Positions 29,290-44,162 of a stretch of DNA of 64,000 nt are shown here, piece after piece (within the stretch, counting starts at the first letter, position 1; every line of letters starts with the position of its first letter). The notes under the pieces are model-generated. The model saw nothing but the letters and a program-made list of their open reading frames with translations. It ran no database searches and was not told where the DNA came from. The stretch is from Eledone cirrhosa (lineage: Eukaryota), in assembly GCA_964016885.1 (NCBI GenBank), contig OZ024740.1, positions 112,530,001 through 112,594,000 of the forward strand. Reading direction: 5' to 3'. Made by a program: the position numbers and the translations under genes.

Positions 29290-29704
29290 TTAATCCTTTT
29301 TAATACCAACCTCTACTCAAATGCCTCTGGTTCTATGAAACAAAACCTTCCATCATAATTTGATATTGGAACTTTTTGTTGCACAATAAATACTATATGT
29401 ACCCATTAAATACTATATTTCAAACGAAAGACACCGCCTGTAGTTTTCATATTTTGAAAATAGTTATATTACTAAATCCCTTCAAATTTTTATCTAATAT
29501 TTGTTTTTATTTAAGTTGGTGTTTGGAGCATAACTTAATAAATTGTGATAAATGTAAGTTAGATAAATATGGTATGGGTCCCATAATTTCTGAGCGAGTT
29601 GTAGAGGCATCATCCCTCTCCAGGCTTTAGATAAATATAAAAACTTTAAAATGAATGGTTTTGTATCATGGCATAGGGGGCAGGATTGGTATCAAAAGGG
29701 TTAA
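29290..29704. mobile_element. piggyBac-like (TTAA) non-autonomous element
   Basis: Ends TTAATCCTTTTTAATACCAA ... TTGGTATCAAAAGGGTTAA. Related degenerate copies near 32410-32651, 33895-34155, 40250-40537, 46974-47147 and 53000-53226. Confidence 0.6.
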
Positions 29705-30076
29705 TAATGAAGCCAATGTAATTTTTGTAAATCCTTCCATATTCTTAATTAAATATTAGTAACTTATTTTGTTGAGCCCATAAGGATGAAAGGCAGACTT
29801 AACCTTGATGGGATTTGAACTCAGAATATAAAGAGATAGAACAAATTCCTCAAAGCATTTTCTCTGACATTCTAACTATTCTGCCAGTTCATCATGTATG
29901 TATGAACAAAGGCTGGTACAAAATGGCCTAAACCCCCACACACACATACACATACACAGGTTTGTGAGTAAATGTGATGTACATATTTTGTATATATACA
30001 AATATATGTCTGTATTGCTGTCTGTTCTTTGTATGTGTGATATATATATGTATCAGTGTACGTGTGTGTATGTGTG

Positions 30077-30140
<64 letters not shown>

Positions 30141-30141
<1 letters not shown>

Positions 30142-30432
30142 CATCATCATCATCATCATCATCAACGTTTAACGTCCGTGTTCCACGCTTGCATGGGTTT
30201 GGACGGGGGTAGTCCCACTTGAGGCAAGAGTGATTGTCTTGCTCGCATAGGACTGTCTGGCAGGTTTTCTACAGTTGGATGCCCTTCCTAACACCAACCA
30301 CATTTACAGTGTGGGTCTGGGAGGTTTTTACCGTGTTGCCTACACGGCCACATTACAGCGTGGACTGTGTGTTTTTTTGTCGTGACACCTACACGATCTC
30401 ATTTGTTTCGGCCTCGATGGCGCGGCACCAAC
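30141..30432 (-). mobile_element. Short 3' fragment of the RTE LINE
   Basis: Matches the 3' UTR at 49575-49965. ATATGTAT on both flanks. Confidence 0.85.
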
Positions 30433-31254
30433 ATATGTATATATGTGTGTGTATATGTATATATGTATGAGTATGTGTGTGTATATATGTTTATATGTAT
30501 GAGTGGTTTTTTTTTTGTGGTTGTTTTCTCTACTTTTCTGCATGTGAACATCTCAGTGAGTGTGAACATATATTTGATTTTTGCTCATAAATTATGAGAG
30601 ACAGTTTGTATGTGTTTGTCATTTTAGTAAACAAGATATCTTTTCTAATTGATCATTGGACCATGATGGGAAATGGCACATACTCCCTACTGATGCAGCA
30701 CAATAAGCTTTACATATACGTTACATGTGAATGAAATTTCAATATATACTTGTTATTATCATCACCTCTGTGTGTCTATATCATTTGTGTTTGTTAAGGA
30801 ATATGCAGGTGGTGTGTATATGTGTTTATGTGTATGTGGTATCTGTGCATGTATGTTTATGTGTATGAGTGTGTACATGTGTATACTTAGATATGTTTAT
30901 GGAACCTATATATGTCATATATGTCACTTAGAGAACAGATGTATTCTATGATAACAGGCTTTTGATAACATACTATTTAATGTTTATATACAACTTTATG
31001 TAATCAAGTGCACGCACACACATATATATATACATATACACACACACATATCCACATACATGCACACAGACTATCTACATGCACATTCAGTAGACACATA
31101 CAAACATCCCTGCATATATGCACCTCCTCCTACTCCCCAACATATGTGCAAAAATGAGCAAAATGGGAAATATGGATGCATATTTCCTGCTACATCATTT
31201 GAAGGTTCTTTAGAAACATCTTATCATCACAATCATATATGTACATACACACAC

Positions 31255-31798
<544 letters not shown>

Positions 31799-34700
31799 AA
31801 TCATGCACACAGAGTGGGGCAGGGAGTAAAAAAGTAATGCAAGTTGCCTTTAACACCCAGCAACATTAAAGCAATCATTGTATATAATACCTTGCAGTGT
31901 TCCTTTCTAGACAATGTCATCAATTAGTGTCAAAGTAAAAGATAGGAGAAAGAAAGGCTTTAAGTATCCCATCAAAGTGGTATTCATTGTAGTGGCAGCA
32001 ATGTGTGTTATATGGATCAGGTATTGATATTATTACCGACAAGTCTTGCAACTCTAAATTTTTACCCTTTCATTTCAATAGTTTTGATGAAAAACACTAT
32101 TATTTTGAAAATCGATTAAATTGACCCAAGTGCATGACTGATACTTTATTTTATCAAACCCCATAAGGATGAAAGGCAGAACTAACCTGTGGAATTTGAG
32201 CACAGAACGTAAAGGGACGTGACTCTATGCTGCAAAGCATGTTCTCTGATGCTCTACTGATACCAAAATTATAATGGAAGAATTTCAGATAAATATACGT
32301 ACTTAAAGATAACAATTGTTTGTATCACAGTCCAGGCATAGTTTCAAGTGATTTGGTATCAAGAGTTAAACTGTGAAAGTAGTTTATTCAAACAAGCAAT
32401 TCTATGGTTTGACCATTTTGAAACCAACCTGCTCCAAATCAACCCTGCTTCTATGAGACAAAACCACTCATTTGAAAGGTTTTCTATTTAAATTAGAACT
32501 ACTTTCCAGCATAATTTTATATAACAATCTTTTGATGAGTTGTTACAAATGCTATTAATGTAATAATAATTTTAGTAAATCCTTCAGAATTCTGCATTAA
32601 TTAATTGAAATACTATGTATTTCATTAAAATATGGTCGTGAAAGGATTAAACATGATGGCCATAGTGTTTATTGCACAGAACAGGCAATTGCAATGCTAG
32701 TTGATAGGACTTGCAAGACTAACCTTTGCTTTAGCAGGGAAAATGGACTTAAGATGTTTATTGTATCTTATGTTGGTGATGAGTATGTGGATTAATAAAT
32801 CATGGGTTTCCTTTTTTTTTATGGAACCAACACATTAAATGAACACCTGAATATGTTTATAGTGTTTTAACAGAATGTTTGCTTAACTAATTTAAACACT
32901 TTATTGTGAAAAATCAAAGATAGAATATGCTATTTATTTCAGAGTTGTAATTGACTGGCAAATGACTTGATCCGAGAATGTGTGTTGAAACTAAAGCAGC
33001 TACAGTGTGAAAGAGTTAATTTTAACCAGTCAAAAATGCACAAACATTTCATTTCAGCATTTATTTCTTAGTGTAAAACTTTCTGTCACATTGTTGCAAC
33101 CTGGTCAATGGCATAGTTCCATTGTAACTCTAAAATGTATTTGAGTTTAAAAGATTGTCTTTTATTCTGGTCAAGTTTTTCAACTGTCATGTGAATCTTT
33201 CAGTGAGAAGTTCTGATTATTGAAGTGAAGTTGATGTGTAGTTAAAGTAACACGTAACAGTATCCCTCAGAGTTATAGTAACCTGACCAAAGCTCTCAAA
33301 ATTTCGGAGTTGTGCTTGTTTGGCAAGTGACTTGATCTATGACTGTGCTGAAACTAAAGCAATTACATCTGAAAAAATCATTTTAACCATTGAAAATCAC
33401 ATAAAAACTGTTAACTTCACTTTACATTTATCATTTATTTCTTGGTGTTATATATAATGATGTTTGAAACTGTTTGTGACCAGGTTGTAAATAGAGTGAT
33501 GAAAATTTTATCATTAAGAAATAAAAAGTAAATGTAAAGTGAAATTAACAGATTTTGTGTTTTAGAATGGCTGAAATTACTCTTCCACAATGTAATTGCT
33601 GTGCTATTTATGATTTTATGCAATCAACCAATATCTGTAGTGTTTCATTTCTCTACATATTAGTAGTAGACTGTTGAGATTTATTGGTTTACAATAGAGA
33701 GATGGCAGGTTTGCACTGCTGATCAAATAAATTGATTGGTGCTTGGCTTGTTGTTATCAGCTTACAGAAACACTTGTTCCAACAGAGCATGGCAGCTCAA
33801 TAAATAATAAATTCTTGAATTATATTTATTATATTTAACAAGTAGTTCTATATTTTCAATTTCTTTCTTGTAATGTCTTGCTAGACTTTGTTTTTTAACC
33901 ATTTTGTTACCATATTTCTAATGAAAGATACTGTTTATGATTTTCAAATAATTTTGAAAATAATCAATAATTTGAAGTGATTTCGTAATATAGCTAACTT
34001 TCTCATGATTAAGCTGGTGTTTGGAACATAACTTAAAATTTCTTAAATGCAATTATGATGGAAGGTTTTTAGATTACTATGGATACTCAAAAATAAGCTG
34101 CTTAGTATCATACAAGCAGGGACTGGTTCAGGCAGTTTTGTATCAAAAAGGCTAATCCTGATAAAAGTCAATAACATAGTGTGTTGTATGAATTTAAAAT
34201 CCATTCATTTTATTTTTTTTTCATTTTTAGCCCTTCTTATTCACACTCAAGTGTCTAAAGCAGCAATGCATTGAATTAGCAGATTTGATACAGTGTCATA
34301 TATGTTCCCTTACAGTATTTGATTGGTTCATTTTAATTCTGAGGTCAAATCCAAACTAGGTTACATTAGGGGTTGGAGTAGGTCAAGAAAGTAAAATACA
34401 AGTTAAGGCCAATGGATTGAGGGAATTTTAGAGAGTTGAATGTGATGCATTGTGGTATTTGTTCCAATGCTTTGTATTCTGAGTTCAAATTATAATTGAG
34501 GCTTTCTTGCGTGTTAGATTTAATCTATCACTCAAGGTGTCATGCTGTGGAAGTGAATCCGAAGTCACATGATTCTGAAGCAAACTCCTTAACCACACAA
34601 CCATACTTGCACCTGTCATATATATATATATATACACACACACACGCATACATACATATTAGAGTTTCCTTGCTGTTTTGTAGAGAGTGCACATTAATCT

Positions 34701-34810
34701 GTTGTTACAAAGCATGTTCACTTGTGGCGAAATTGGGAACAAGAAAAGATAAGGTTTTTGTTGTTTTTTATATGGAAGAGCCAGATGAAAATGTGAGATG
34801 TATTGGTTGA

Positions 34811-34846
<36 letters not shown>

Positions 34847-35119
34847 ATATATGTGTATGTGTGTGTGTGTGTGTGTGAGGGAGAAAGCAAGTTTTAATCT
34901 GATTCACTGGTTAAAAAAAATTATTACATGCAAAATTCATTACGAAATTTCAGGCTTATTGTGACATGTACTTGAGGTTATATATATATATATAACATAC
35001 AATATTTATATCTTTACATAAAATATTTATATCTTTTTTTTTGTATACTTACACAGAGAGGTATATTATCTATTATTTTTTTTATATTATTTATTTGTGC
35101 ATATATTTATATATAGTTG

Positions 35120-35175
<56 letters not shown>

Positions 35176-35412
35176 TTTACATATACATATTCTGTATATA
35201 TATGTGTGTGTATATTTTTTATCACAATATTAAATTCTGCTTGATTTTGCCATGAGCATTGTCTGGGATAGCACCCACACACATTCAAAGACAATGAAAC
35301 AAAAGAATCAGTATATTGAGAAAAGTAATTTTATTATGATGCCTCCATCTGAACACCACTATAGATCTACAGATTAACATTTCATGTATATGCTTAATAT
35401 ATATCCTCCACG

Positions 35413-35892
35413 TAAATTCCGACCTCACACACTTACACCTCTCCAAGACAATGTCACTGGACCGAGATCTTTGGCGCTACACAGTAATACAGAAGACCCG
35501 CCTTACCTAAGTAGAAAGTGAAACCTACTACAGTCAGTAGGCACCTCTAACAAAAATGCACCCCCGTCCTACTACCCCCACCCCATCCACACCACCCCTT
35601 TCAATTTAAAGTTATGTTGGTACCACAACATCCAGTCCGAAACAAATGAGGGCATGTAGGTGTCACGACAAAAGAAAACACAGTCCACGCTGTAATGTGG
35701 CCGTGTAGGTAACACGGTAAAAACCTCCCAGTCCACACTGTAAACGTGGTTGGTGTTAGGAAGGGCATCCATCCGTAGAAAACCCACCAGACAGTCCTAT
35801 GCGAGCAGAACAACCAATCTTGCCTCAAGTGGGAAAACTCCCGTCCAAACCCATGCAAGCGTGGAAGATGGACATTAAACGATGATGATGAT
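35413..35892 (+). mobile_element. 3' fragment of the RTE LINE
   Basis: Matches 49379-49965 but lacks the 112-bp UTR duplication. (GAT)n tail. Confidence 0.88.
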
Positions 35893-35938
35893 ATATATAT
35901 ATAATGTGTATGTTTATATATGTATATATATATAAATG

Positions 35939-35977
<39 letters not shown>

Positions 35978-36014
35978 ATGTATATATATGTGTGTGTGTA
36001 TGTATATATAATTA

Positions 36015-36630
36015 CACCTCTCAAAGGCGATGACACACGACCGCGTCGCGCAATAATACAGAGTACCCGACCTCCCATGGGTACAAGCTGAAACATATAG
36101 ACAATATGCCCCCCACACCCTCCCACTGCAAGGTGGTCGTGGAGGTGCCACGGCAAAAAAGCACCCAGCCCACACTGTAAAGTGGTCGTGGAGGTGCCAC
36201 GGCAAAAAAGCACCCAGCCCACACTGTAAAGTGGTCGTGGAGGTGCCACGGCAAAAAGCACCCAGCACTCACTGTAAAGTGGTCGTGGAGGTACCACGGC
36301 AAAAAAGCACACAGCCCACACTGTAAAGTGGTCGTGGAGGTGCCACGGCAAAAAACACCCAGCACTCACTGTAGAGTGGTCGTGGAGGTGCCACGGCAAA
36401 AAAGCACCCAGCCCACACTGTAAAGTGGACGTGTAGGCGCCACGAAAAAGCACCCAGCACTCACTGTAAATGAGGTTGGTGTTAGGAAGGGCATCCAGCT
36501 GTAAAAATCAAGCCAAATCAGTTCCTGTATGAGCAAGACATGGTCAGCTGACCAGACACTGCCCACAACAGGACAACCCGTCTAACCCATGCTAGCGTGG
36601 AAGAACGGACGTAAAACGGTGATGATGATG
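36015..36630 (+). mobile_element. RTE-tail retroposon fragment with ~7 tandem 49-bp units (36124-36470)
   Basis: Unit CACTGTAAAGTGGTCGTGGAGGTGCCACGGCAAAAAAGCACCCAGCCCA occurs once in family A SINEs. Followed by GTTGGTGTTAGGAAGGGCATCC and a (GAT)n tail. Confidence 0.75.
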
Positions 36631-36642
36631 TATATATATGTG

Positions 36643-36673
<31 letters not shown>

Positions 36674-36863
36674 ATGTATATATATGTATATATATATTTA
36701 TTTGTGTGTATATGTATGTATAAATAAAACAAAATGCAAGTATATGTCTGTTCTATCAGATGTTTAATTTTCTCAGTTTTTGTTACACCCTTTTTTTACA
36801 TTAAAAAAAAATACTTTTTTTCATTTTTCTCTACATTTTTCCATTTTTCTCTCCACCCTGCAG

Positions 36864-36962
36864 ATCAACGGTGTTGAACTTCATGGCCGGAACCAAGCAA
36901 TTAAACTTTTTACAGAGTCTACGTTGGATATCTGTCTTCTTGTTGCTCGCCACCAAATTCAG
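36864..36962 (+). CDS. PDZRN3: PDZRN3/4-like protein, exon B (PDZ C-terminal half, INGVELHGRNQAIKLFTESTLDICLLVARHQIQ)
   Basis: CCCTGCAG acceptor, GTAAAA donor, 99 nt, phase 0/0. Continues the PDZ fold (ING...A..L.....L.VAR). Confidence 0.9.
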
Positions 36963-36999
36963 GTAAAAAAAATAACTAGCAATATTTTTTACTTTCTAC

Positions 37000-37505
37000 C
37001 ACCAACATTAACACTGTCCCCAACACAACCAGCATTAACATTGTCCCCAACACTGCCAACATCAACACTGTCATCAACACTGTCACCAACACTTCCACCA
37101 AGACCACCAACTTTAACACTGTCACCAACACTGCCAACATTAACACTGTCACCAACATCACCACTGTCACCAACACTGCCAACATTAAAACTGTCACCAA
37201 CACTGCCAACATCAACACTGTCACCAACACTGCCAACATTAACACTGTCACCATCACTGTCAACATCAACATTGTCACTAAGACCACCAACATTAACAGT
37301 CACCAACACTGCCAACATCAACACTCTCACCAAGACTACCAACATTAACATTCACCAACACTGCCACCAAGACCACCAACATTAACACTGTTACCAACAC
37401 TGCCAACATCAATACTGTCACCAAGACCACCAACATTAACATTGTCACCAACACTGTCACCAAGACCACCAACATTAACACTGTCACCAACACTGCCAAC
37501 ATCAG
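37000..37505. repeat. 27-bp-based minisatellite (CACCAACACTGCCAACATTAACACTGT)
   Basis: Directly visible degenerate tandem array just after the exon B donor. Confidence 0.9.
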
Positions 37506-37912
37506 CATTTTCCTCTTTGGCAAAGCCCTGATTAACTTTTTTCAGATTTCACTTGAACATGAAAATCAGGGTAGAGAGGGAAATGCTACCATTGAATCAG
37601 TTTGCTGAAAGGTGGGTGAGAGGGGCAAACATGGTCTGATTGAATAGGCCTGCTATTGGCCTGTAACTTAGAGGAGGGTACTTGCCCTAGTGATTAAAGA
37701 AGACTGTGGCTTTTTGTGGGCTTTCTCCTCGATTGACCTTCATCAATCTTCTCTATTGAGGAATCTGTTTTTGTTTTGTTTTTGTTTTAATTTTTTAAGT
37801 GTTTATTTTTTTTGTTTTTGTTATAAACTTTTTTTTCTCACAAGACCCACACTGTATTGTCCTGTGCCATCTCTATTGTTTACTTAATATCAGCCCTGTG
37901 TGACTAATAATG

Positions 37913-38127
37913 CTTTCTTATATAGGCACAATGTCAGCAATTTTGGGGGAGAGGGAAGTCGATTAAATCGACCCCAGTTAGTGACTGGTACTTTATTTAA
38001 TTGACCCTGTAAGGATGAAAGACAAAGTTAACCTTGGCGGGATTTGAACTCAGATCATAAAGAGCCGTCACTCTATGCTGCAAAGCATGGCGTCCGACCC
38101 TCTACCAATACTGCCAATCCACCACGG
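37913..38127 (-). mobile_element. Family B SINE with 16-bp TSD, followed by an inverted partial copy (~38176-38319)
   Basis: TSD TGTGTGACTAATAATG at 37897-37912 and 38128-38143. Confidence 0.85.
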
Positions 38128-39673
38128 TGTGTGACTAATAATGAAATCATTATTATTATTATTATTATTATTATTAATCCTGCAGAGGTCAGCTTTGCCT
38201 TTCATCCTTACGAGGTTGATAAAATAAAGTACCAGTAATGTACTTGGGTTGATTTAATTAACTTCCCCTCCCCCCAAATTACTGGCCTTGTGCCTATAGT
38301 AGAAATCATTATTATTATTATACCTTTGATATTGAAGGTGGTAAAGTATTAGCTGGGTCATTAGAGCAGAGAATTAAAAATGTGTCAGTATTTGTTTCAG
38401 TTCACAGTGTTCTGAGTTCAGATTCTGCTATGGTCAACTTTACATTTTATTCTTTCAAGGTTGATAAATAATGTACCAGTTCAATACTAGGGTTTATTCT
38501 TTCTTTCTCTGAGAGAGATTAGTTCTATTCCAGCCTGGAGAGTGTTTGGCTCTATCAGGTTTTAAATGCCTAAGTTTTGTCATGTGTCATGACAGCATTT
38601 CATTACTTTTTACCTTTAGTGTATAGGACATAAGCAGATTTTGACATAAGAAATTTGCTGTAAAAATAGTGTCTTATAAAGCCAAAAATAGTATTTCTTG
38701 CATAATTGTTCAAGAAGGAGATTTTTGTTGTTGATAGCATTGTTGCTGTTATTGTTGTTCTTCTTATTATTGTTATTATATCATTTATACATTTTTTATA
38801 ATTGTTTTTTTTTAACAATTATTTCATCGATTCTGTTGTATCTCAGGCATGGGCTGGTGATATCTTCTTCCCAGCTTTCCTTTCCTCCTTCTTTCATTCT
38901 TCAATTCATATATCAGTCTTGTCATGGTTTAGTTTTTTGTTGGTGTTGTCGTAGTTGTTGTTCTTTGAATGGGTTTCTTTCTTTTCTTTCCTTTCCATTC
39001 ACTTCATTGCATTGCAAAAGGTTTTCCTCTACTAGTTAGCCTCTGGCTACAAATCTAATAAGACAGTAGATAGGTACAAGTTCTTCTTTTACTGTTGCTG
39101 CTGCTGCCTTGCTTAATCTAAGAATTCGTTCCTAGCTCTATAACATAGTTTTTACTATTTTGTCTTTTGTTAACATTTCATTTTTATTCTGTGTGTATGT
39201 ATGTCTGTGTATGTATATATATATATACGTATGTATGTGTTTTATGTAAAAATCAATGAATGGTACATATATATATGCATACAAGTGTGAATGTGTGTGT
39301 ATGTATGTGTAGATAGAAGCAAGTCACAGTATGTATCAAATGCTTTTGTAAATATGTATATCTATGTGTTTGTTTGCATGTGTTTTTCTCTATATAAAAC
39401 ACATATTGATTAATTTTATAAGGAATGAAAAAAACAAAAAACAGTATATATGTAGAAATGTAAAAAGACTAATAATAATGCCTCAACTTAGTCAATTTAT
39501 CAGTTTCCTAAGAAATAACTAATTTTTGGGTCTGTTTATCATTTAGTCTCTAGAGAGGAAATGTCTTTATAGTTAGTATTACTATCATCTTTATCATAAT
39601 ATCATACCTCACTTTCTGCTATTATTGCTGTAACAACCATCACCAACCAGCTTTATATTTTAATGTGGTCATG

Positions 39674-40222
39674 CAGACTGGTGCTGCCATGAAAGCCAAC
39701 TTGGTAACTGCCTAAGGTGCAGACCTCAGAGATGTAGGTGAATTACTAGGCGTTAAAAGGTCATAGTTTTATACAAATTTGTATAATTAAATTTGTATAT
39801 ATATAATAATATACTGTGATCAATAAATACATTACTAAACATATTTGATGTGTAACAGCATTGTGGAAATTTCCAAAGCAGTGAAGAGCATTGTATGGTG
39901 TTAATGATTTGGTGTGGATGGATGTGGACTGTGTAGTGAAAAATATAGGCTTAGTAATTTTCTTCAAAAATTAGGTTAGGTTTATCTTAGAAAAAGGTAA
40001 GTTGAAATTATTTTATATGGGAAGAAGGACCACACTAAATACCTATCCACTCATTGTAGAGCTAGCCAAGGGTAGTAAATACCTATCAACCCATCGTAGA
40101 GCTAGCCTAGCGTGCTAAATACCCAGACACACATTGTAGAGAGCTAGGCCTAGGATGCTAAATACCCAGGCACACATTGTAGAGCTAGCCTACTGTTACT
40201 AAAAACCTCAGTACCAGCTCTG
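39674..40222. mobile_element. Old hAT-like element with internal ~39-bp tandem repeats
   Basis: Imperfect TIRs CAGACTGGTGCTG / CAGTACCAGCTCTG and a 5/8 TSD. Four CTAAATACC...ATTGTAGAGCTAG units at 40036-40200. Confidence 0.45.
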
Positions 40223-41688
40223 TTGCCATAGTTTCAGACTACTTCACTTTTAACCGTTTCATCATTATTTTTCTAACAAAACAAGACTATCAATTAATTT
40301 TTTGAATTCTTTCATCTTTCTATTGAAATACATAGCCTGTGTTCCAATTAATAAAAAATTTGGAGGAATTTAGTAATACAGCTTAATTTTCGCATTATCA
40401 GGATGGTGTTTGGAACATTACTTGACAAAAAGGTTCTTACGATGGATTGTTTTACTATAAATATAAACACTTTGAAACATAGTTTTGTATCAGAGAACCA
40501 GCAGCAGTTTTGGGATGGTCGATAACAAAAGAGTTGAAAAAATCAACAACTTGGAAAGTTTGGTTAATTTAAGGATATTTTTTATATTTACTGGTTATTA
40601 TTTAGGTCCCAGGTCATCCCATCATGCTGTTGTTTATGATCCAGGTTAGTACTGACTGAGTAAAGCTTTGATAAAAGGTGTTCCAGCAATGACTATCATA
40701 GGACAGTACTGACTGCGTATAGCTTTGATTAAAGGTGTTCCTGCAATAACTATTGTGTAAGCCTATGATCATTGGTTTTCCAACAATAATGGTCCAATAT
40801 TTGTGTTTTTAAGGTGCAGGTCAGCCTTGATTGCACAGATCTATGATGAGAGGTGTTTCAGCCATGACTCTCCCATCTTTATCAGGCATTGTGTATCTGG
40901 GTCTGTGTTATACAGTATGGCCTTTCTTTTATTTTTCAAATACGTAGGCTGTGATTTGAGAGCTAGTTACATGCCAGTTTTAGCAAGTTGATTATCCACT
41001 TGGCTGGAAAATATCTTTCAAAAACACCTCTTGAATCTTTATCTATTCAAATATCCTGTTATCATTCTTCAAGCATTTAAAGACTTTTTACCTTAATGTG
41101 CAGGCCTTCTTTTTAAGGCAATGTTTTACAGCTGGGATCCCTTCTCGACACTAACCCTTTTAATCACATCTTTCAACCTGCTGGTATATGGTGTACCTTT
41201 TTGATACTGGATACTTACAGTACCTTTAATCATTATTGTAATACTAAAATTTGGATGATAAATTTAATTAAAATATGACCTCAATGGATGTGTTTGCTAT
41301 CATGGGATCAGGGGTAATTTTGAGTGACTTAGATTAAAAGGGTTAAATTGGTTTCTTTTTATCTATTGTAAGATACCTACAACAGTCTATGATCAGTTGC
41401 AGTATGGTAAACATATTTTAAAATATCTTTTCTGAACTTAATGAGAGGAAAGGCCTTAAGGTTAGGTTATGTCATATTGGCTTGGCTTACATCATGTTTG
41501 CTTGCTCGCGTAGTGTAATTGAAATAAGTTGGGAAGCTAAAGGCATTCTCTCTCACAGACACACTTAACAAATCATCCAACGAATGATGATTTCTGTTTT
41601 GTCTTCCATGTGTGTCATAGGGAATGGGCTGGGTTTGTAAGAATAATATAACAATATAAATTTTAAAAAATTTGAAATGTGGTTGGAA

Positions 41689-41767
<79 letters not shown>

Positions 41768-42447
41768 GTTGTTGTTGTTGTTGTTATTATCATCATCATC
41801 ATTGTGTTATCACAACCACAAGAAATAAAGTAATTTTCTCTGACAAACATAGGCTTATTTACCAATAAATATAATAAATAAATAGATATATAAAAATAAA
41901 AATAAAAAGTTAGATTTGAAAATAAAGAAAAACAAAATAAACAATAAATAGTATATTAATATAGAAAGTTTTTTAAAAAATACAATTAATATAACAAAAT
42001 AAAATAAAATGAAAAGAAAGAAACACTCTGTGAAATTGAGAATTTAAAAAGTAATTTCAAAAATAAATTTAGAGTGATGCTTTTTTTTTTTAATTTAGAT
42101 TTTTGTTCAGCTTTTATTTATTTATTTTCTGATAGATATGTTTTACTGCTTTTCAATTTTTTTAATGTATTTCTTTTTTTGTGGGGGTTGTTTTGTTTTG
42201 TTTTTTAAATGTCCAATTTAAAACTAGAGGCAATTTCCAACTTAAATTAAAAGAAAATTGTATATAATGTGTGTGACTGTGTGCATGTTTACTTGTGTGT
42301 GTGTATATATATAAATATGTTTATTGATATATATATATATATGTGCATACATGTATATATATATGTATTTATATATGTATATTTGTATGTATATATATAT
42401 GTATGTTTATATATATATATATTTATATGTATATATATATGTATATT

Positions 42448-42479
<32 letters not shown>

Positions 42480-42492
42480 TATATGTATACAT

Positions 42493-42526
<34 letters not shown>

Positions 42527-42563
42527 GTATATATATGTGTATATATATATATTTTTTTTTTTT

Positions 42564-42594
<31 letters not shown>

Positions 42595-44010
42595 GTGTGT
42601 ATGGAGAGAATAGGGGTAAGCATGATGTTTAGGAAAGAGAAATAACACAGTACTAACTCAATAACTGCCAATATTTGACGTGTTTTACCAAATTATTTGC
42701 GGAAATATTTAAAACACACAGAAATTATATAACAAACAACAAATTCACAGAGAAACTGTTTGTTAAATTCTGTGTCTTTATAGAAATTTCTTCCATATTT
42801 CAAGATGGAAATGGATCTTAATTTCTTTTATTATCTCAGGCAATATTCTTTCAAAATAAGCTAAATTCCTTGCCTGTGTTTATATAAGTATATATACACA
42901 GGCATACACATATATTTACATGTACACATACATATATGTATATATACATATATATGATAAATATGCTGGGTCCGTCAACCCTTATTATTATATATATATA
43001 TATGTGTGTGTGTATGTGTATATATATATATAATATATTCATTTATTAAGGCTAAATAGTGAGTCTTACACAGGAGTTTTGCTTGCTTCACTATATCACC
43101 TTAATAAAGTGAATATTTAAACTCTACTTCGGTATTGAGTACTCTTCTCTTTCGGCCATCAACTGCATATATATATATATATAACTTAACAATTCGAAAG
43201 AAAGAAAATAAGTACTCTGTATGATATGATATAACTAAAACCTTTCAAGGTGATACCCCAGCATAAGCATAGTTTAATAAGAAAAACTAGTAAAAGGAGC
43301 ATCCACAAAGCAATAGCTAACTTGTATATTCTACTCTTACAGTATATAAATATGCTATTCAATAACTTTGCTAAACTTGGTAACACTCATTCGTCTTACT
43401 TTAGCAAACTAGGACTTAAGATTGTAGACTATGGCAAATAAAGTGATATGACAAATAATATTTTTTTTTTCCTTTTCATTAAAAGCTATATCTATCTTTA
43501 CATAGAATGAACAGGCCTGTATGTATCCTTAATATAATATAGTTTTGATGTTCAACAACTTCATTGTTGGATATTAAAAATTTCATACTGTACAAACTAC
43601 ATTTTTTAAAAGTATATTACACTGCAGCCTTATCTGTTCTGATTATATATATAAATGAAGTATTTCTGTAGGAAAGGTAAAGGAAAAGAGAGTGCTCTAT
43701 GTAGGCTACAGAGCTTTTTAGTTATGTAATAAACAACATAAGATAATTATTTCATTTACCAGTGGTTTCTTGAAGACAGATATTTATATCTGTCTGCAGT
43801 CGTCGGAATGAATAAAATGGTGTGTTTATTAAATATGGATTTGAAAACAAAATTTAGGAATGTGAAAGTGAGGCTGAAATCAAATAACGGGCAAAAAATT
43901 GAGGGGAAAAAATATATAAATAAATATCCAGAACATAAACATACACACACTCAAACACGCGCTTATATGTAATTGTACGTAGACGTATATATTCTCACAT
44001 CACCATTTCT

Positions 44011-44047
44011 GAGAACAATTGTTTCACCTTAGTCGGCTCATCAGCTC
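44011..44047 (-). ncRNA. Minimal hammerhead motif (predicted), left member of an inverted pair
   Basis: Minus strand GAG-CTGATGA-GCC-GACTAA-GGT-GAAA-CAATTG-TT^CTC. Stem II GCC:GGT, palindromic stem III ACAATTGT, short stem I GAG:CTC. Confidence 0.6.
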
Positions 44048-44121
44048 TTTTAGGAAGTGAATTCTTCTGCACATGCGTATTCACACAATTGTTTTTCTTT
44101 TTCTGTACAATCTCATTTAAA

Positions 44122-44162
44122 CCGACCTGATGATCCCACTAAGGTGAAACAATTGTTCTCGG
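44122..44162 (+). ncRNA. Minimal hammerhead motif (predicted, imperfect), right member of the inverted pair
   Basis: CCGAC-CTGATGA-TCCCACTAAGGT-GAAA-CAATTG-TT^CTCGG. C:C mismatch at the first stem I pair and T:T at the first stem II pair. Confidence 0.5.
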
